Source of the DNA: Octopus sinensis
Taxonomy: Eukaryota
NCBI RefSeq assembly: GCF_006345805.1
Contig: NC_042997.1
Coordinates: 11,036,001-11,100,000 of the forward strand
Length of the DNA stretch: 64,000 bases
Direction of reading: 5' to 3'
Position numbers and translations under genes: made by a program. Below, one piece after another: positions 26,649 to 39,017 of the stretch. How positions within the stretch are numbered: the first letter of the stretch is position 1; each line of letters opens with the position of its first letter. The notes beneath the pieces were generated by a model. The model was not told where the DNA came from, made no database searches, and was given only the letters and a program-made list of their open reading frames with translations.

Positions 26649-26869
26649 ATGCCATCATTAGAGAATGTTGTCCAAGTTTCTGCTAATGGAAGCGATACAT
26701 GTTTAACTAGAGGTATCTGGGTTCTGCGTAGATGATGCCTCTGTCATTCTTCCCCCTTCCTTAACCTTCTACATAGTGTCTACATAGTGTGGAACCCAGA
26801 TACCTCTAGTTGAACTTGTATCGCTTCTATGAGCAAAGACTTGAACATCATTCTCTAACGACGGCATGA
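26649..26869. repeat. Imperfect inverted repeat (arms about 77 bp)
   Basis: 26649-26725 pairs with 26792-26869 (AACTAGAGGTATCTGGGTTC / GAACCCAGATACCTCTAGTT). Confidence 0.75.
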
Positions 26870-26920
26870 AAAATAATAGGAAGAGGAGAAGTAGCCATTA
26901 ACAACGACATTCTCTAATCT

Positions 26921-27350
26921 GTTCTATATTTAAGAGATGAGGAATTATGTACCTTATTTACAATTGACGGATATTTGTCCTCATCTTGTTTATTGTTAAC
27001 ACAGCGTTTTGTCTGATATACCCTCCAGCCTTCACCAGGTGTCTTGGGGAAATTTCGAAGCTGGGTTCTCATTCCTAAGGTATTTTTCGATGTTGTTGTT
27101 GTTGTTGTTATTATTCAACGGGCATATGGCGTTGTGGTTAAGAGCGCGGGCTACTAACCCCAAGTTCGATTCCAGGCAGTGAACTGAATAATAATAATAA
27201 CAACAACAACATCGAAAAATACCTTAGGAATAAGAACCCAGCTTCGAAATTTCCCAAAGACACCTGATGAAGGCTTGGGGGGGTATATCAGCCGAAACGT
27301 GTTAACAACAAACAAGATCAGGACAAATATCCGTCAATTGGAAATAATGT
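26921..27350. mobile_element. Family B: tRNA-headed, hammerhead-bearing foldback element with 12-bp target duplication
   Basis: Arms about 26950-27116 and 27185-27350. Spacer holds A-box-like TGGCGTTGTGG and B-box GTTCGATTCC. CTGATGA...GAAAC at 27264-27298. ATTCTCTAATCT at 26909-26920 and 27351-27362. Confidence 0.8.
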
Positions 27351-28020
27351 ATTCTCTAATCTCTCTTGATTTGTCTCCTTCCTTAAGGACAGCAAGTAAG
27401 GTTTTAATGAAGCCAGACCTACTGGCCACCTACTCTCCTGTATTATTCACCTGTAGACTCTTGCTCTTAAGAAATTTACTGAAAGCCATGTTGTTGCTTT
27501 CAACATGAGCCTTCTTATCCTAGCTGCTTGTCTACGGGCTTCATTCATATCTCATCTCTTGGATCAATGACTTCTTGTAAGATCACACTATTAAAAGGTA
27601 TGCCACTGATGCTCTCTCTCTCTCTCCCTCTCTCTCTGACCAACACTCTATCAACTCTTGTGTGCACCAGAATTTAGTTTTGACCACCTACAGTTTTCTT
27701 CTTATACATCAACAACGTACTTTTTATCACTTCCAACAATACCCACTTCTACATACATCGTTGATACCTTCCTTTACATCAGATCTGCATAGATGCTATA
27801 AAAAGAGATATCTATGAAAACATCCCCCAGTATGGTTATGCTAATCTTGTCTACTTTAACAGTAAAAAGACCCAATCACTTTACATATCAAGAAAATACA
27901 ACACTCCTTAAACATGAGCTGCACACAACTAGAACCCTTATGATTGCTTCAAATGAGGAGAGATCCTCATTATCAATCAGGATCTCTCCTAACAAATGCA
28001 CATCCTCAATATAACGAATG

Positions 28021-28694
28021 TGTAACGGTTAGGTTTTAATTAGTGTAGTTACCAATTGTAATGGGTAAGATTGATTAATAAACAATAATATGAAATGTCA
28101 GAGTCAGCAGTTGTGACAATAAAAATTTGTTGTTATAATTGCATGTTGTAGGATGTGAAAGATAAACAATGCCTGAAGTTTTAAGGAAATATTTATTTAC
28201 CGTTATGTTACAATACCTTGCCTCGATGGGCAGGTTTTGATAAATCCAAAAGCATGAGAAGTAAAGTTTGTGTTTGTGTCCTCTTCATTGTTTAGTAGTA
28301 ATTACAGAAAGAGATAGAATGATGTTGTAAGAGAACAGAATTAGAGCTAGAGAGAATTGTAGGGTGTTGTGTCACAGTTGCTGACAGTAAACTTCATTTC
28401 TCCCTCTGACCAAGGTTCTAGCTGGTCAGCCAAACTTCGTTCTCATTGAGTCATCACCATGTGACTGAACTTGTTGAGTTGTCACCAACTGATTTTTGCT
28501 TTTATAACTATCCAGAAGGATAGATATATCATTGAGAACAATAGATTTAGTTGATGATCTTTTTATCTCTATTCTAGCTTTTGGTGAAGTAGAAGAGGTT
28601 AGAAAGGGTCAAGTGGTGAAGACATTATGTCGGGCCTAGCTAAAGGCATCTGGAAAATGTAAAACTGCTGTCAGAGAAAAACCATTGTTCCACA
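28021..28694 (-). mobile_element. Possible solo LTR
   Basis: TG...CA ends, TATAAAAG (about 28500) and AATAAA (28192-28197) on the minus strand; no matching target duplication found. Confidence 0.3.
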
Positions 28695-29680
28695 GTGGGA
28701 AAAGGTCTGTCGCAGTGTTAATTTAAATTTGGCTATGGTGGATTGAATTCACTTCATGCTTGCAAGGTCCACTACAATTGCATCACAAAAACTGGCCTTT
28801 CTCTTTAGGGCCAGAAAGTACTTCAACCCCCCCCCCTGTACTAATGTTCTACAAAACTTAGGTAAGACTCACAATGGAAGACTGGTTCCATATTTAGGAT
28901 GGTACAGTTACTACCCACACAGATATCCTTGACCACATCCAGAGAAATGTCATTAGACTGACTGGCATGAAGTTACTCACAAATACCAACCTCTTCCCCA
29001 TAGACATTCTTCTTCCTGTACATTTTCTACTGCTGTAACAATGACCTCTACCCTTTCAACATGGCTGGTCTTGGGCCAATTCCTCTCAAGTACTTTCAGT
29101 TTACTTCTCCCATCTCTCATCACCCATATTGTATCTAACTGCTAGATCATACACTAACCACAACACGACCTACATTCTTCTCAGTATGTCAACACTCTGT
29201 ACTTTTGTCTTTTTATATGGTTTTCTGGCAATTATCAAATTACAGCAATTAAAATGGAATATCAACAGTATTGATCTCACCAATCTCAGCGGGCCTGTGA
29301 AAGTTATAGTCATAGCTTCTTTCTCCAGACTAAAAGCTAATAACAGAAAAAAAGATAAGAAGAGTGAAATACAGACTGTTAGTACAGAACAAGTATGAAG
29401 GAATACTGTGTTTCTTAATTCCACTTCCAAGATTTTGGTCAGCCAGAGACTATGAGAGAAAACAATTGTCTATTAAATGATTTAATTCTTTTTCGGTAAA
29501 TATGAAATATAAGAAATGTGATTTTTATATAGGTGTAAAATACATAGACAGTGAATGTGGAGCAGCTATAAAAATTAATACATGTATGTACGTATGTGTG
29601 TGTGTATATATATATGTCCAACCCATGCTAGCATGGAAAGCGGACGTTAAACGATGATGATGATGATGATGATGATGATA

Positions 29681-29919
29681 TATCTGTAAATGTAATATGT
29701 GGCAATTATTTGGTAGCCATGATAAAACTCTGAGTTTTGGATGTTGGAGTGGAAATCCCCGCCGCTATCTCTTCAGTTATCCGGCCATCAGAAAAATGCA
29801 GCATTTTTCCGATGGCCAGATAACTGAAGAGATGGCGGCAAGGATTTCCACTCCAACATCCAAAACTCAGAGTTTTATCATGGCTACCAAATAATTGCCA
29901 CATATTACATTTACAGATA
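29681..29919. repeat. Family C: 239-bp near-perfect palindrome, each arm with a hammerhead-like motif
   Basis: 119-bp arms around base 29800, 5 mismatches (all transitions). GATAA-CTGAAGA-...-AAAA-CTC-A-GAG-TT-TTATC at 29819-29879, mirrored at 29721-29781. Confidence 0.9.
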
Positions 29920-30689
29920 AATTCCTCTATTTACATAATATCGAGGTCTCTATCATTCTTTTGTTGTCTTACCTTTTCTATCAATATATATATATATATA
30001 TGAGAAAAGGTTGAGTTCTATTTCATCCTTTACTTGGGGTGGGATCCAAAGGTCGATTTCTAATAAAGATTCTTTATATTACATTGGTAGCTTACAGTTG
30101 TAAGTATTTTTCAAATATGAAAATGTTACAAGTATAAGGTCTGTTGTGAGCATTTATAGAACTCGTATCCTATAGAGACTCAACAAACAATTAAAAATAG
30201 AGAAGAGAAGGTGTTAAAAGTTTTAAAAACATTTAATCCATGCATACAATCATTTCAAACAATAATATTAACATATAAATAACATGATAAAAAATTAGAA
30301 ATAATTTAATTATAATCATAATTAATTAATTACAAATTACTGTTTTCCTCAGTATTTGGATATACATAATATCCTTATGAAAGATTAAAAAAAAACATAC
30401 TAAGATAGTGTTGAGTCTAGTTGTGTATGAATTATAACTGATGTGGCTAACGGTTGTTTGAAAATATAAGTGAAAAATGTATAAGAAACATTTTCTCTAT
30501 ATGAAGATAAGTAATTGATATACATTCCATATAAAGCACTTATCATAAGAAGTAAAATATTATATATGTGTGTGTGTGTGTGCATTAATCTGGTGCTTAT
30601 TCTATGAGTCTTTTTTGTCAAACAGCTATATTACAGAGATGTATTCAAACCAAAACTGGTTGTCAAGCAGTGGTAGTGGGGACAAGCAT

Positions 30690-30895
30690 ATAGAGAATCC
30701 CCATTATTGACAACATATACAAGCATCAACACAAGGAATATTGGTGGAACATCTGTCAAGTGTAAACATAAGAGGCCAGAGATAGTTGTTTGGGACAGAC
30801 AGGAAGTATGTATTGTCATGAACATCAGCTGTCCTACAGATGTGAATATCTCTTTGAAAATAAAAGAGAAAGAGGATATTATATGGCATTGTTTT
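30690..30895 (+). mobile_element. Dong/R4 endonuclease-region fragment
   Basis: Clear nucleotide similarity to about 34880-35080 (KHKRPEIVVWD...ISCPTDVNISLKIKEKED). Confidence 0.7.
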
Positions 30896-31296
30896 AGTTA
30901 TCTACATTTCAATGTTGACGCTTTGTATCCTCAGAGGAAGAATCTAAAAAAAACAGAAGAGAATATACACACACACACACACACACACAACACACACACG
31001 CATGCACGTGCGTACATACACCAAGATGGCAGGAAACTACAGGCTCATTGCTTGCCTAAACATTATGTACAACCTGGAAAGAAGGAACTTCCAAGTACCA
31101 ATAAGATGTGGTTTAAATCCATTGGGGAATCTTTTCTGGAGAAAGCTAAAGAAACTCTCAATAATTATCTCATTGTAAGTTCTTTCAGTGTTTAACATGT
31201 AAATAACAATACCTGTTGTGACCAGTGCACGCTTACCAACCACATGGTTCCGGGTTCAGTCCCACAGTGTGGCACCTTGGGCAAGTGTCTTCTACT

Positions 31297-31864
31297 GTAT
31301 GGAAAGCTAGCAGTGCCAAAATCACAAAGTATGGAAACCTAGCAGTGCCAAAATCACAAAGTATGGAAAGCTACCAGTGCCAAAATCACAAAGTATGGAA
31401 ACCTAGCAATGCCAAAATAACAAAGTATGGAAACCTAGCAGTGCCAAAATAACAAAGTATGGAAACCTAGCAGTGCCAAAATCACAAAGTATGGAAACCT
31501 AGCAGTGCCAAAATCACAAAGTATGGAAAGCTAGCAATGCCAAAATCACAAAGTTTGGAAAGCTAGCAATACCAAAATCACAAAGTATGGAAAGCTAGCA
31601 ATACCAAAATCACAAAGTATGGAAAGCTAGCAGTGCCAAAATCACAAAGTATGGAAACCTATCAGTGCCAAAATCACAAAGTATGGAAAGCTAGCAATGC
31701 CAAAATCACAAAGTATGGAAACCTAGCAGTGCCAAAATCACAAAGTATGGAAAGCTAGCAATGCCAAAATCACAAAGTATGGAAAGCTAGCAATGCCAAA
31801 ATCACAAAGTATGGAAAGCTAGCAATGCCAAAATCACAAAGTATGGAAAGCTAGCAATGCCAAA
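31297..31864 (+). repeat. 32-bp minisatellite, about 18 copies
   Basis: Unit GTATGGAAA(G/C)CTAGCA(G/A)TGCCAAAATCACAAA in direct tandem with no spacers. Confidence 0.95.
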
Positions 31865-32883
31865 GATTTATGTGGATGCTTATGGTGCAACTTTAACTCT
31901 TGAACTATCAGATTTCTTTGTCAAATGTAAACCTTATTTATTCACATTGTTTTGAATTAATCATGCATTTTCTCATAGCTTCACAATTTCTATGATGTGG
32001 TTGTTTATTTTTAGAATGACCTTGTAGTGTAGGTGTGAGACATTGGATCTGCTCAGTTTTAACATAAAACCAGGAAAATATCTGGACCAGAAATGGCTGG
32101 ATTAAATGCTAGAGTTAAGCCCACTTTCACTATCAAAGCAGGGATTAGCCTAGGGGTCCCATGACTAAATGTTTTAGGGGACTATCTATCTTTTATCCTT
32201 TTCTTGTTTCAGTCATTGGACTGTGGTCATCCTGGGGCTCTCTCTTTAAGGGTTTATTACATATACATTAGCAATAAGTAGATATCAGTTATTAGTGGTC
32301 AGTTACATAGTGACCTGGTAAACTTGAAATGCCAGTAGTGATAGTCATTATAATAGAGGACAGCTGATCTGTTGATGTCAGTGTTGGATGGTCAAGAAAT
32401 ATAATGACCAGCTGAATGGTAAAAATACAATTTTCATTCTGATATTTTGTTCATTATATTGTCTATTTTGCAGTGGTAGTAAAGGTCAGACGAATAAATA
32501 TTACTAAAGCATTGCTTTACAGTCAGATGCCTGTCCTGTCATTAAAGATACTTACTTCACATGCTTGTAACTGAAACATTTTTCTTTCTTTTTCCATCTC
32601 TTCTGATTTTCATTTATGCATTACACTTTACCATTTCTCACTCTCTTTCTCCGTAATTGTGTGTGCAATTACACACACACGCACAAAACATGTATGTATG
32701 AATGGATGAATGAGTGAAAGAATGAATAAAATGACAATTCCTTAGTGTTTAGCATGTCTGCACAATTTATGGTGTGTCTGGATTATGATTCCAGTAGGCA
32801 CTGAAAAACATTTTTGTCCAACCCATGCAAGCATGGAACATGATTATATACATACATGTGTATATATATATATATATACATAT

Positions 32884-32919
<36 letters not shown>

Positions 32920-32948
32920 ATATACATACATACACACATACATATATA

Positions 32949-33245
32949 CGTAACAAAGACCATCCGATCGTGGCCGTTGCCAGCCTCGCCTGGCCTCCGT
33001 GCCGGTGACACGTAAAAAGCACTATCCGAGCATGGCCGTTCACCAGCCTCGTCTGGCACCTGTGACGGTGGCACATAAAAAGCACTCACTACACTCACGG
33101 AGTGGTTGGCGTTAGGAAGGGCATCCAGCTGTAGAAACACCGCCAGATCTGACTGGCCTGGTGCAGCCTTCGGGCTTCCCAGACCCCAGTTGAACCGTCC
33201 AACCCATGCTAGCATGGAAAGCGGACGTTAAACGATGATGATGAT
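32949..33245 (+). mobile_element. RTE 3'-UTR-derived repeat ending in (GAT)n; other copies 9115-9493, 16715-16885, 29615-29678, 51320-51450, 52145-52541, 53675-53825, 55880-56045(-)
   Basis: Same core and tail (CCAACCCATGCTAGCATGGAAAGCGGACGTTAAACGATGATG) as the RTE copy at 10028-11340. Confidence 0.85.
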
Positions 33246-33246
33246 G

Positions 33247-35370
33247 TACAAAAGTTGCCTCAACCAATTCCTCCAGGACCATTGTGAGTCGAACAACATT
33301 GTGACTAATGAACAGGCTGGTGGAAAGGAGGGAGTGTGGGGATGTGCCGAACAACTTTTAATAAACAAAGCTGTACTGTCTGAAGAAAACAGCATAGAAA
33401 CCTTATGACAGTATGGCTTGACTATAAGGATGCATTCGACACTGTCCCTCATTCGTGGCTGTTGAACTGCCTACATCTGGCAAAAGTACCTACCACCCTA
33501 ATTGCTGCTATAGAGAGACTCACAAAGACATGGACAACAATTCTCACCCTTCCAACTGAGAACAGAATAATTGTCTCAGATGCTATAGCCATTTTAAAGG
33601 GAATATTCCAGAGAGATAGTCTTTCTGTACTTCTTTTCATTTTGGCACTGAATCCATCATCATTCCTACTGCAGAAAACAAATGGTTACATGTTAGGACC
33701 TTCAACTGCTAGAAATATCAATGTAACTCATAATTTCTTTGTAGACAACTGCAAGATTTATGCTGAAAGTGTCAACAATGCCAAAAAAAAAAAACAACTG
33801 GAATTTTCAGATGATATAGGTATGGAATTTGGCCAAAAGAAATGTTCGTATTTGGTTATAGAGTGAGGGACGTTAGTCCCCCAAACCCAATGCCTGTGCA
33901 TCAATGGTCTCTCTATCTCCCCCATTCCACACAAAGAATGTTACAAGTATCTAGGCACATACGAAAATGTATCATATGAAGGCACTGTGAATAAAGATAG
34001 AGTGATCTGAGAATATTACACCAGATTTAGGAAAATATGACAGTCAGAACTCTCCTCTTACAACAAAATGATATCCCACAATGCATTTGCAGTACCAGTG
34101 CTGATCCCAACATTTAGGATACTTGATTGGTCTGTAGAGGAAATCCATTCCATAGATATCAAAACCCGCAAAATCCTGACAACAACTGGGAACTTCCACA
34201 GAAACAGTGATGTTGACAGGCTCACCCTAAGGGAAAATGAAGGTGATAGAGGCCTGAGATCAGTGCAGACGGCTTTCAAATGCCGTATGGTATCACTCAA
34301 GCAGTACCTGCTGAACAACAGCAACAAAAATAAATATATTAATGCAGTCCTGAAAAGTGAAGTGAGCAACATTACACAAGTTGGCAGTGAGCTCCTCAAG
34401 AAGCACTCTCTTCCTGATGATCTCCTATACAGCTCCAAAACAGCTGGGCTCTCTTACCTGATAGAAAACCTGGGTGGAAAGCATTCAGCATGCAAAAAAA
34501 TAGACTATGCATGGATATGTTGCCTGGAAGCTTGAAGAAGACAGTAGAATTGCCATGAAGCACAGCCTCTCTTGACACAAGACCACTACATCACATCACA
34601 CTTTGAAGGTTATGCATTTGCAATCCAGGAAAAGGAGACTGCCACAAAATACCTGGTGAACAAGCAAGACAGTGATGAACTTGCAATCTCAAGGTGCAAC
34701 TGCATGTGTAGGCTATGTCATGTTTCTGTGGAAGACATCATGCATGTGATTAGCAGCTGTCTTAAAATGTCGTCACAGTACTACCTCCCTATGTGGCATG
34801 ATGTTGTTGCTAAAACAATTTACAATGCCATCCACAGAAAAGACTACCTTGAAATAAACTTAGAAAATCTCTCTTATGGAATACATTCATAAACACCAAC
34901 TCAAGGAATACTGGTGGAATATTCCCATCAAAACTTCTGTGAAATGTTAACATAACAGGCAGGATATTGTTGTTTGGGATGGATGGGCAAAGGTATGTAT
35001 GTCATAAAGGTCAGCTGCCCTGCAGATATAAATATCTCTTCGAAAATCAAAGACAAAGAGGATATCTATGGACAACTGCTTCGAAACCTCTAGCTTCTAT
35101 ATCCAGAATATGAATTCATATTCATACCAATAATAATTGGGATACTAGGTTTTGTTAGTAAATGCTTAACGGAGAATCTGGATAAACTTGAATTTTCAGA
35201 AAGAGCAACTAACCATTTAATGCATACATTACACATGCAATCTGTCAGTGGAACAGTAAAAATATGCAAGACTTTTCTTAAGTTCCAAATGTGTCTGTGT
35301 TAACTACATCCCAAAGACAGAGCCTTGTATCTTTTTAGGAAACCGACTCCCTCCTCAGTGGAAGATGAGA
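33247..35370 (+). mobile_element. 5'-truncated, degraded Dong/R4-type LINE of a second subfamily
   Basis: EQAGGKEGVWGCAEQLLINK, WLDYKDAFDTVPH, GIFQRDSLS, FFVDNCKIY, YKYLG, CRLC...HVISSC...WHDVVAK, IPIIIGILG; ends at a CA/CATA microsatellite. Confidence 0.85.
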
Positions 35371-36399
35371 CACACAGACATACATACATACACACAGGAA
35401 GGATGATGAAGCTAAATTTAAGGATGTTTTGGTTGACAGATTATATAATGCAAGATCAAGATGAGCCATCATAGCAAAATGGATGTTATATCCATGCCAT
35501 CATAATAATGGTGGTGGTGGTGACTGTATATTCAGGATTAAGCAAAATAATTGTGGTTACACAATGATATTGGATAACAACAGATTACTAATTATGTGTC
35601 TGTACTCATTTTCAAAAGGCATGTTTTCTGAACGGTCTAGGTATTCCCATCATACCCACAAATATCAGGGAAGTAAATGTTTATTATTTATTTGTTGCTG
35701 AGTTCAGCTTGTTGGCATAAGCATTAATATAATGTGTTAAGTGCATTACAGTATTTGCCTTTTCTCTCCCTTTTTAAAGAGTTTAAATCCCTAAAGTCTC
35801 AACTTTAACTTTTCTCATTCTAGGAATGATAAAATATATACCAGTAATGTAATGAGGCCGATTGAATTAATAATGATATCTCACCATGAAAAATCAGTCT
35901 TGTGACTAGACAAAAGAAACTATTATTTTTTGTAAGTACATATTCATATATGTTTCTAATTTATAATAAATTCTAAAATACCTTACATGTATTAACATGC
36001 ATTTGTAACCCAAAATTTTATCTATGAATAACTGTTGTTAAGCTAACCTGTCACCATTCTCCTTGAGTCAAATGGTTAGACAATAGAACATAACTTTGGA
36101 TTTATTGTTTATTTGCTTTATATTTCATATCCACTCACAATAAAAGCCTGCTCTTCCTTCAGTCTATTTAGACAAAGATCAGTTTAACCCTTCTTCCACA
36201 TATTTGTATTATTTGTATTATAAACACAGTAAATTTCCTTTAAATACAAAGTACTTATTTTACAAAAAGCTATTTAGGTTTGGCTTATATACACTATATA
36301 TCATATTTCAATGTCCATGAAGTATTCCAACTCCTCAAAATATTATGTCACCCAAATCTTCTAACTCAAACATACATGCCTTCATACATACATACATAC

Positions 36400-37070
36400 A
36401 TGATGGCTGCCCCCTCGTTATCGAGTATGGCCATTGCACGAAGCTTAACTGTTATTGGTGTTGTGATCGAATGTGACTTTTATTTGCTTTTTAAGGCTAC
36501 AGCCAGCCATTCAGTTGAGACTCACAGCACCATCAACAATCATGAACAATGTTGTTATCGTGCAATGCCTGTGCAAAAAGATTTTTTTTTAACTGAGGGA
36601 AGGCTGTGCACTGACTCAATCCCACTCACTAAGCAACAGCAGCCATAATCCGAAAAGAAGAACAAGTCAACATCATTGGTAACCACTGAGCCGCAGGTTT
36701 TATGTCGGAGTTATCCCAGTTATCTGAGTTACCTTCTCCTAGAAGGATGCCCTAACAAAGGCTAGGAGTCCTTCACTCCCAATGGTTTAACCGCGCGATC
36801 GAGTATTCAGTCCGATTATTTCTATGTCCCCGCACATGATACAGCCTTAAGCCTTAAGAAAAAAAAATACACATTTATTGGATGACCATTGACTCTCAAG
36901 AGTTCCTCCACCCTTTGACGGGTTAGGTCACTTTCCAGTGCTACTGGTAACATGTAACCCAGTACAACCTGTTGCATGGTCGGGCTGTCGGCGACTAAAC
37001 CGGCAACCCCACCAAGCTTGCTTGGTGAGGAGGGTGTTTATTGGACACCCTGCAGGATGAAAAACAAAAC
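36400..37070. mobile_element. Unclassified CpG-rich repeat with an RTE 5'-UTR-like motif
   Basis: Bounded by (CATA)n on both sides. The motif CCTTCTCCTAGA..GATGCC.TAAC.AAGGCTAG resembles invertebrate RTE 5' UTRs as I recall them. Confidence 0.4.
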
Positions 37071-37109
37071 ATACATACATACATACATAATACATATGTA
37101 CGTACATGT

Positions 37110-38120
37110 ATGCTCTACTTATGAAGAGATAAAGATGGTTGAGGCTTGAAATCAGTGCAAACAGTTTTTGAATGTTGCATAGTCTCTCTCAGACAGCACT
37201 TGCTAAACAACAGCTGCAAAAATAAATGCATTAACATAGTGCTGAAAAGCGAAGTGAACAATATCCTATGTTGCCAGTGAACTCCTCAAGGAACATTCTC
37301 TTCCTGATGACCTTCCATACAACCCCGAAAAAGGTAGACAAGCAAACCTTAAAGAAGACTTATGTATGAAATATTCAGCATACCAATAAAAAAAAAGACC
37401 ATGTATAGGTATGTTTCCCAAAGCCTTGAAGAAGATAATAATATTCTTTTCTACTCTAGGCACAAGGCCTGAAATTTTGGGGGAGGGGGACAGTCGATTA
37501 GATCAACCCCAGTATGCAACTGGTACTTAATGTATCAACCCTGAAAGGATGAAAGGCAAAGTCGACCTTGGCAGAATTTGAACTCAGAACATAAAGCCAG
37601 ATAAAATACCAGTAAGCATTTTGCTCGGTACGCTAACATTTCTGCCAGCTTGCCACCTTTTTTAAATATTCTCTTCTACTGTAGGCACAAGTCCTGAAAT
37701 TTTGGGGGGAGGGGGCCAGTCGATTAGATCGACCCCAGTACATAACTGATAAGAAGACAGTAATATTGACATGAAGCAAAGCTTCTTTTGGGCTCATCAC
37801 TGCTACATCACATTAAACTTTGAAGGCTGTGCATTTGCAATCCAAGAACAGGAGATTGCTACTAAATATCCAATTAACAAAAGACAGTGAAGCCTTCGGA
37901 GCTTCAAGATGCAACTGAAAATGTAGATTGTCATATTTCTGTGGAAGGCATTATACATGCCATCAAGGTACTGCCTCCTTATGTGACACAATGTTATCAC
38001 AAAAATTATATACAATGCCATTTGGTAAAAAGGCAGTTCTGGAATAAATACAGAGAATAACCTCTATTATTGAATACATGCATACACAAACATCAATACG
38101 AGGAATACTGATGGAACATT
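37110..38120 (+). mobile_element. Dong/R4 3' fragments interrupted by SINE copies
   Basis: 37110-37440 and 37750-38120 resemble about 34230-34920; SINE pieces lie between. Confidence 0.7.
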
Positions 38121-38137
38121 TCTTACAAGTTTACACA

Positions 38138-38500
38138 GTCCTCAGTAGTCACAGCCCATGTTTGATTGCCATGTAGCATGGCTGTTTGTACACAGGCATT
38201 ATAGTCTGCCTTTCACACTGAGAGAGAGGTCCTTTGTTACCAACAGAGGTAGGAGCTAATTGAATTTTGCCCGGCCTAATCTTATTTTAGCAGCTATACT
38301 CTCGAAGCATCCACTCCCACTACTGACTTGGTCACCTAGGTAACAGAAGCTATCGACCAACTACTTCTAGTTTTTTCCCCCTGGAATTTGATGGAGTCTA
38401 TCTTCTGTACATTTTCAGTGTTAATTGTACCTGTGCACATACCACCCCCAAAGACTATTTTCTCTGGTGCTGCACCTCTTATGTGTCCTCACTTAAGAGG
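38138..38500 (-). mobile_element. RTE LINE fragment
   Basis: Reverse complement resembles about 10060-10410. Confidence 0.75.
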
Positions 38501-39017
38501 TGCAACCTGAACTCACAGCCAGTGATGTTTCTGTCAACTAAACTCCTTAAACAAATATCTTATGTTAAATTTCACCTATTGTTTGGCTCTAGGTCAATCA
38601 TACTCAAATAGACCCCAGCCATGACATTCTCATATTTTTAGGTAGGACAGTAGAGTGTTGCCTAAGGGAGAACCTAGCTATCACTTCCAGCAAGAAATGC
38701 AGTTAAACAGAGGCTCTCTCCTGCCTCACTGGCTCATTTATCACGATGTAATTGTCATTATTGTTTATATTGTTGGGTCCCAGAGCAGCCCTGGTTAAGC
38801 TAAATCTTTGATTAAAGGTATTCTATTCATAACCCATCTGACATTTTATGGGTTGTCTAAGACTATATTATTTAATATGTTCTTTCTTATTTAATCTAGT
38901 AACATGTAATTTAAAGGGCACTTGGCTATCATTTCTCAGTTCAAGCAACCACCTAAGGTTCTTTAATTCTTTTGTTAGCTTGAATATAACTTTAAACTAT
39001 AGGTTTTTATATATATA

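Noticed and set aside
27117-27184. tRNA gene
   Set aside because: Has A/B boxes but no complete cloverleaf; treated as a SINE-type head. The same applies to 55670-55745.
29697-29903. Two nearly identical 65-aa ORFs on opposite strands
   Set aside because: A direct consequence of the DNA palindrome, not duplicated genes.
31297-31864. Regular 32-bp repeats suggesting a CRISPR array
   Set aside because: Units are directly adjacent with no unique spacers, no cas genes are present, and the context is eukaryotic.
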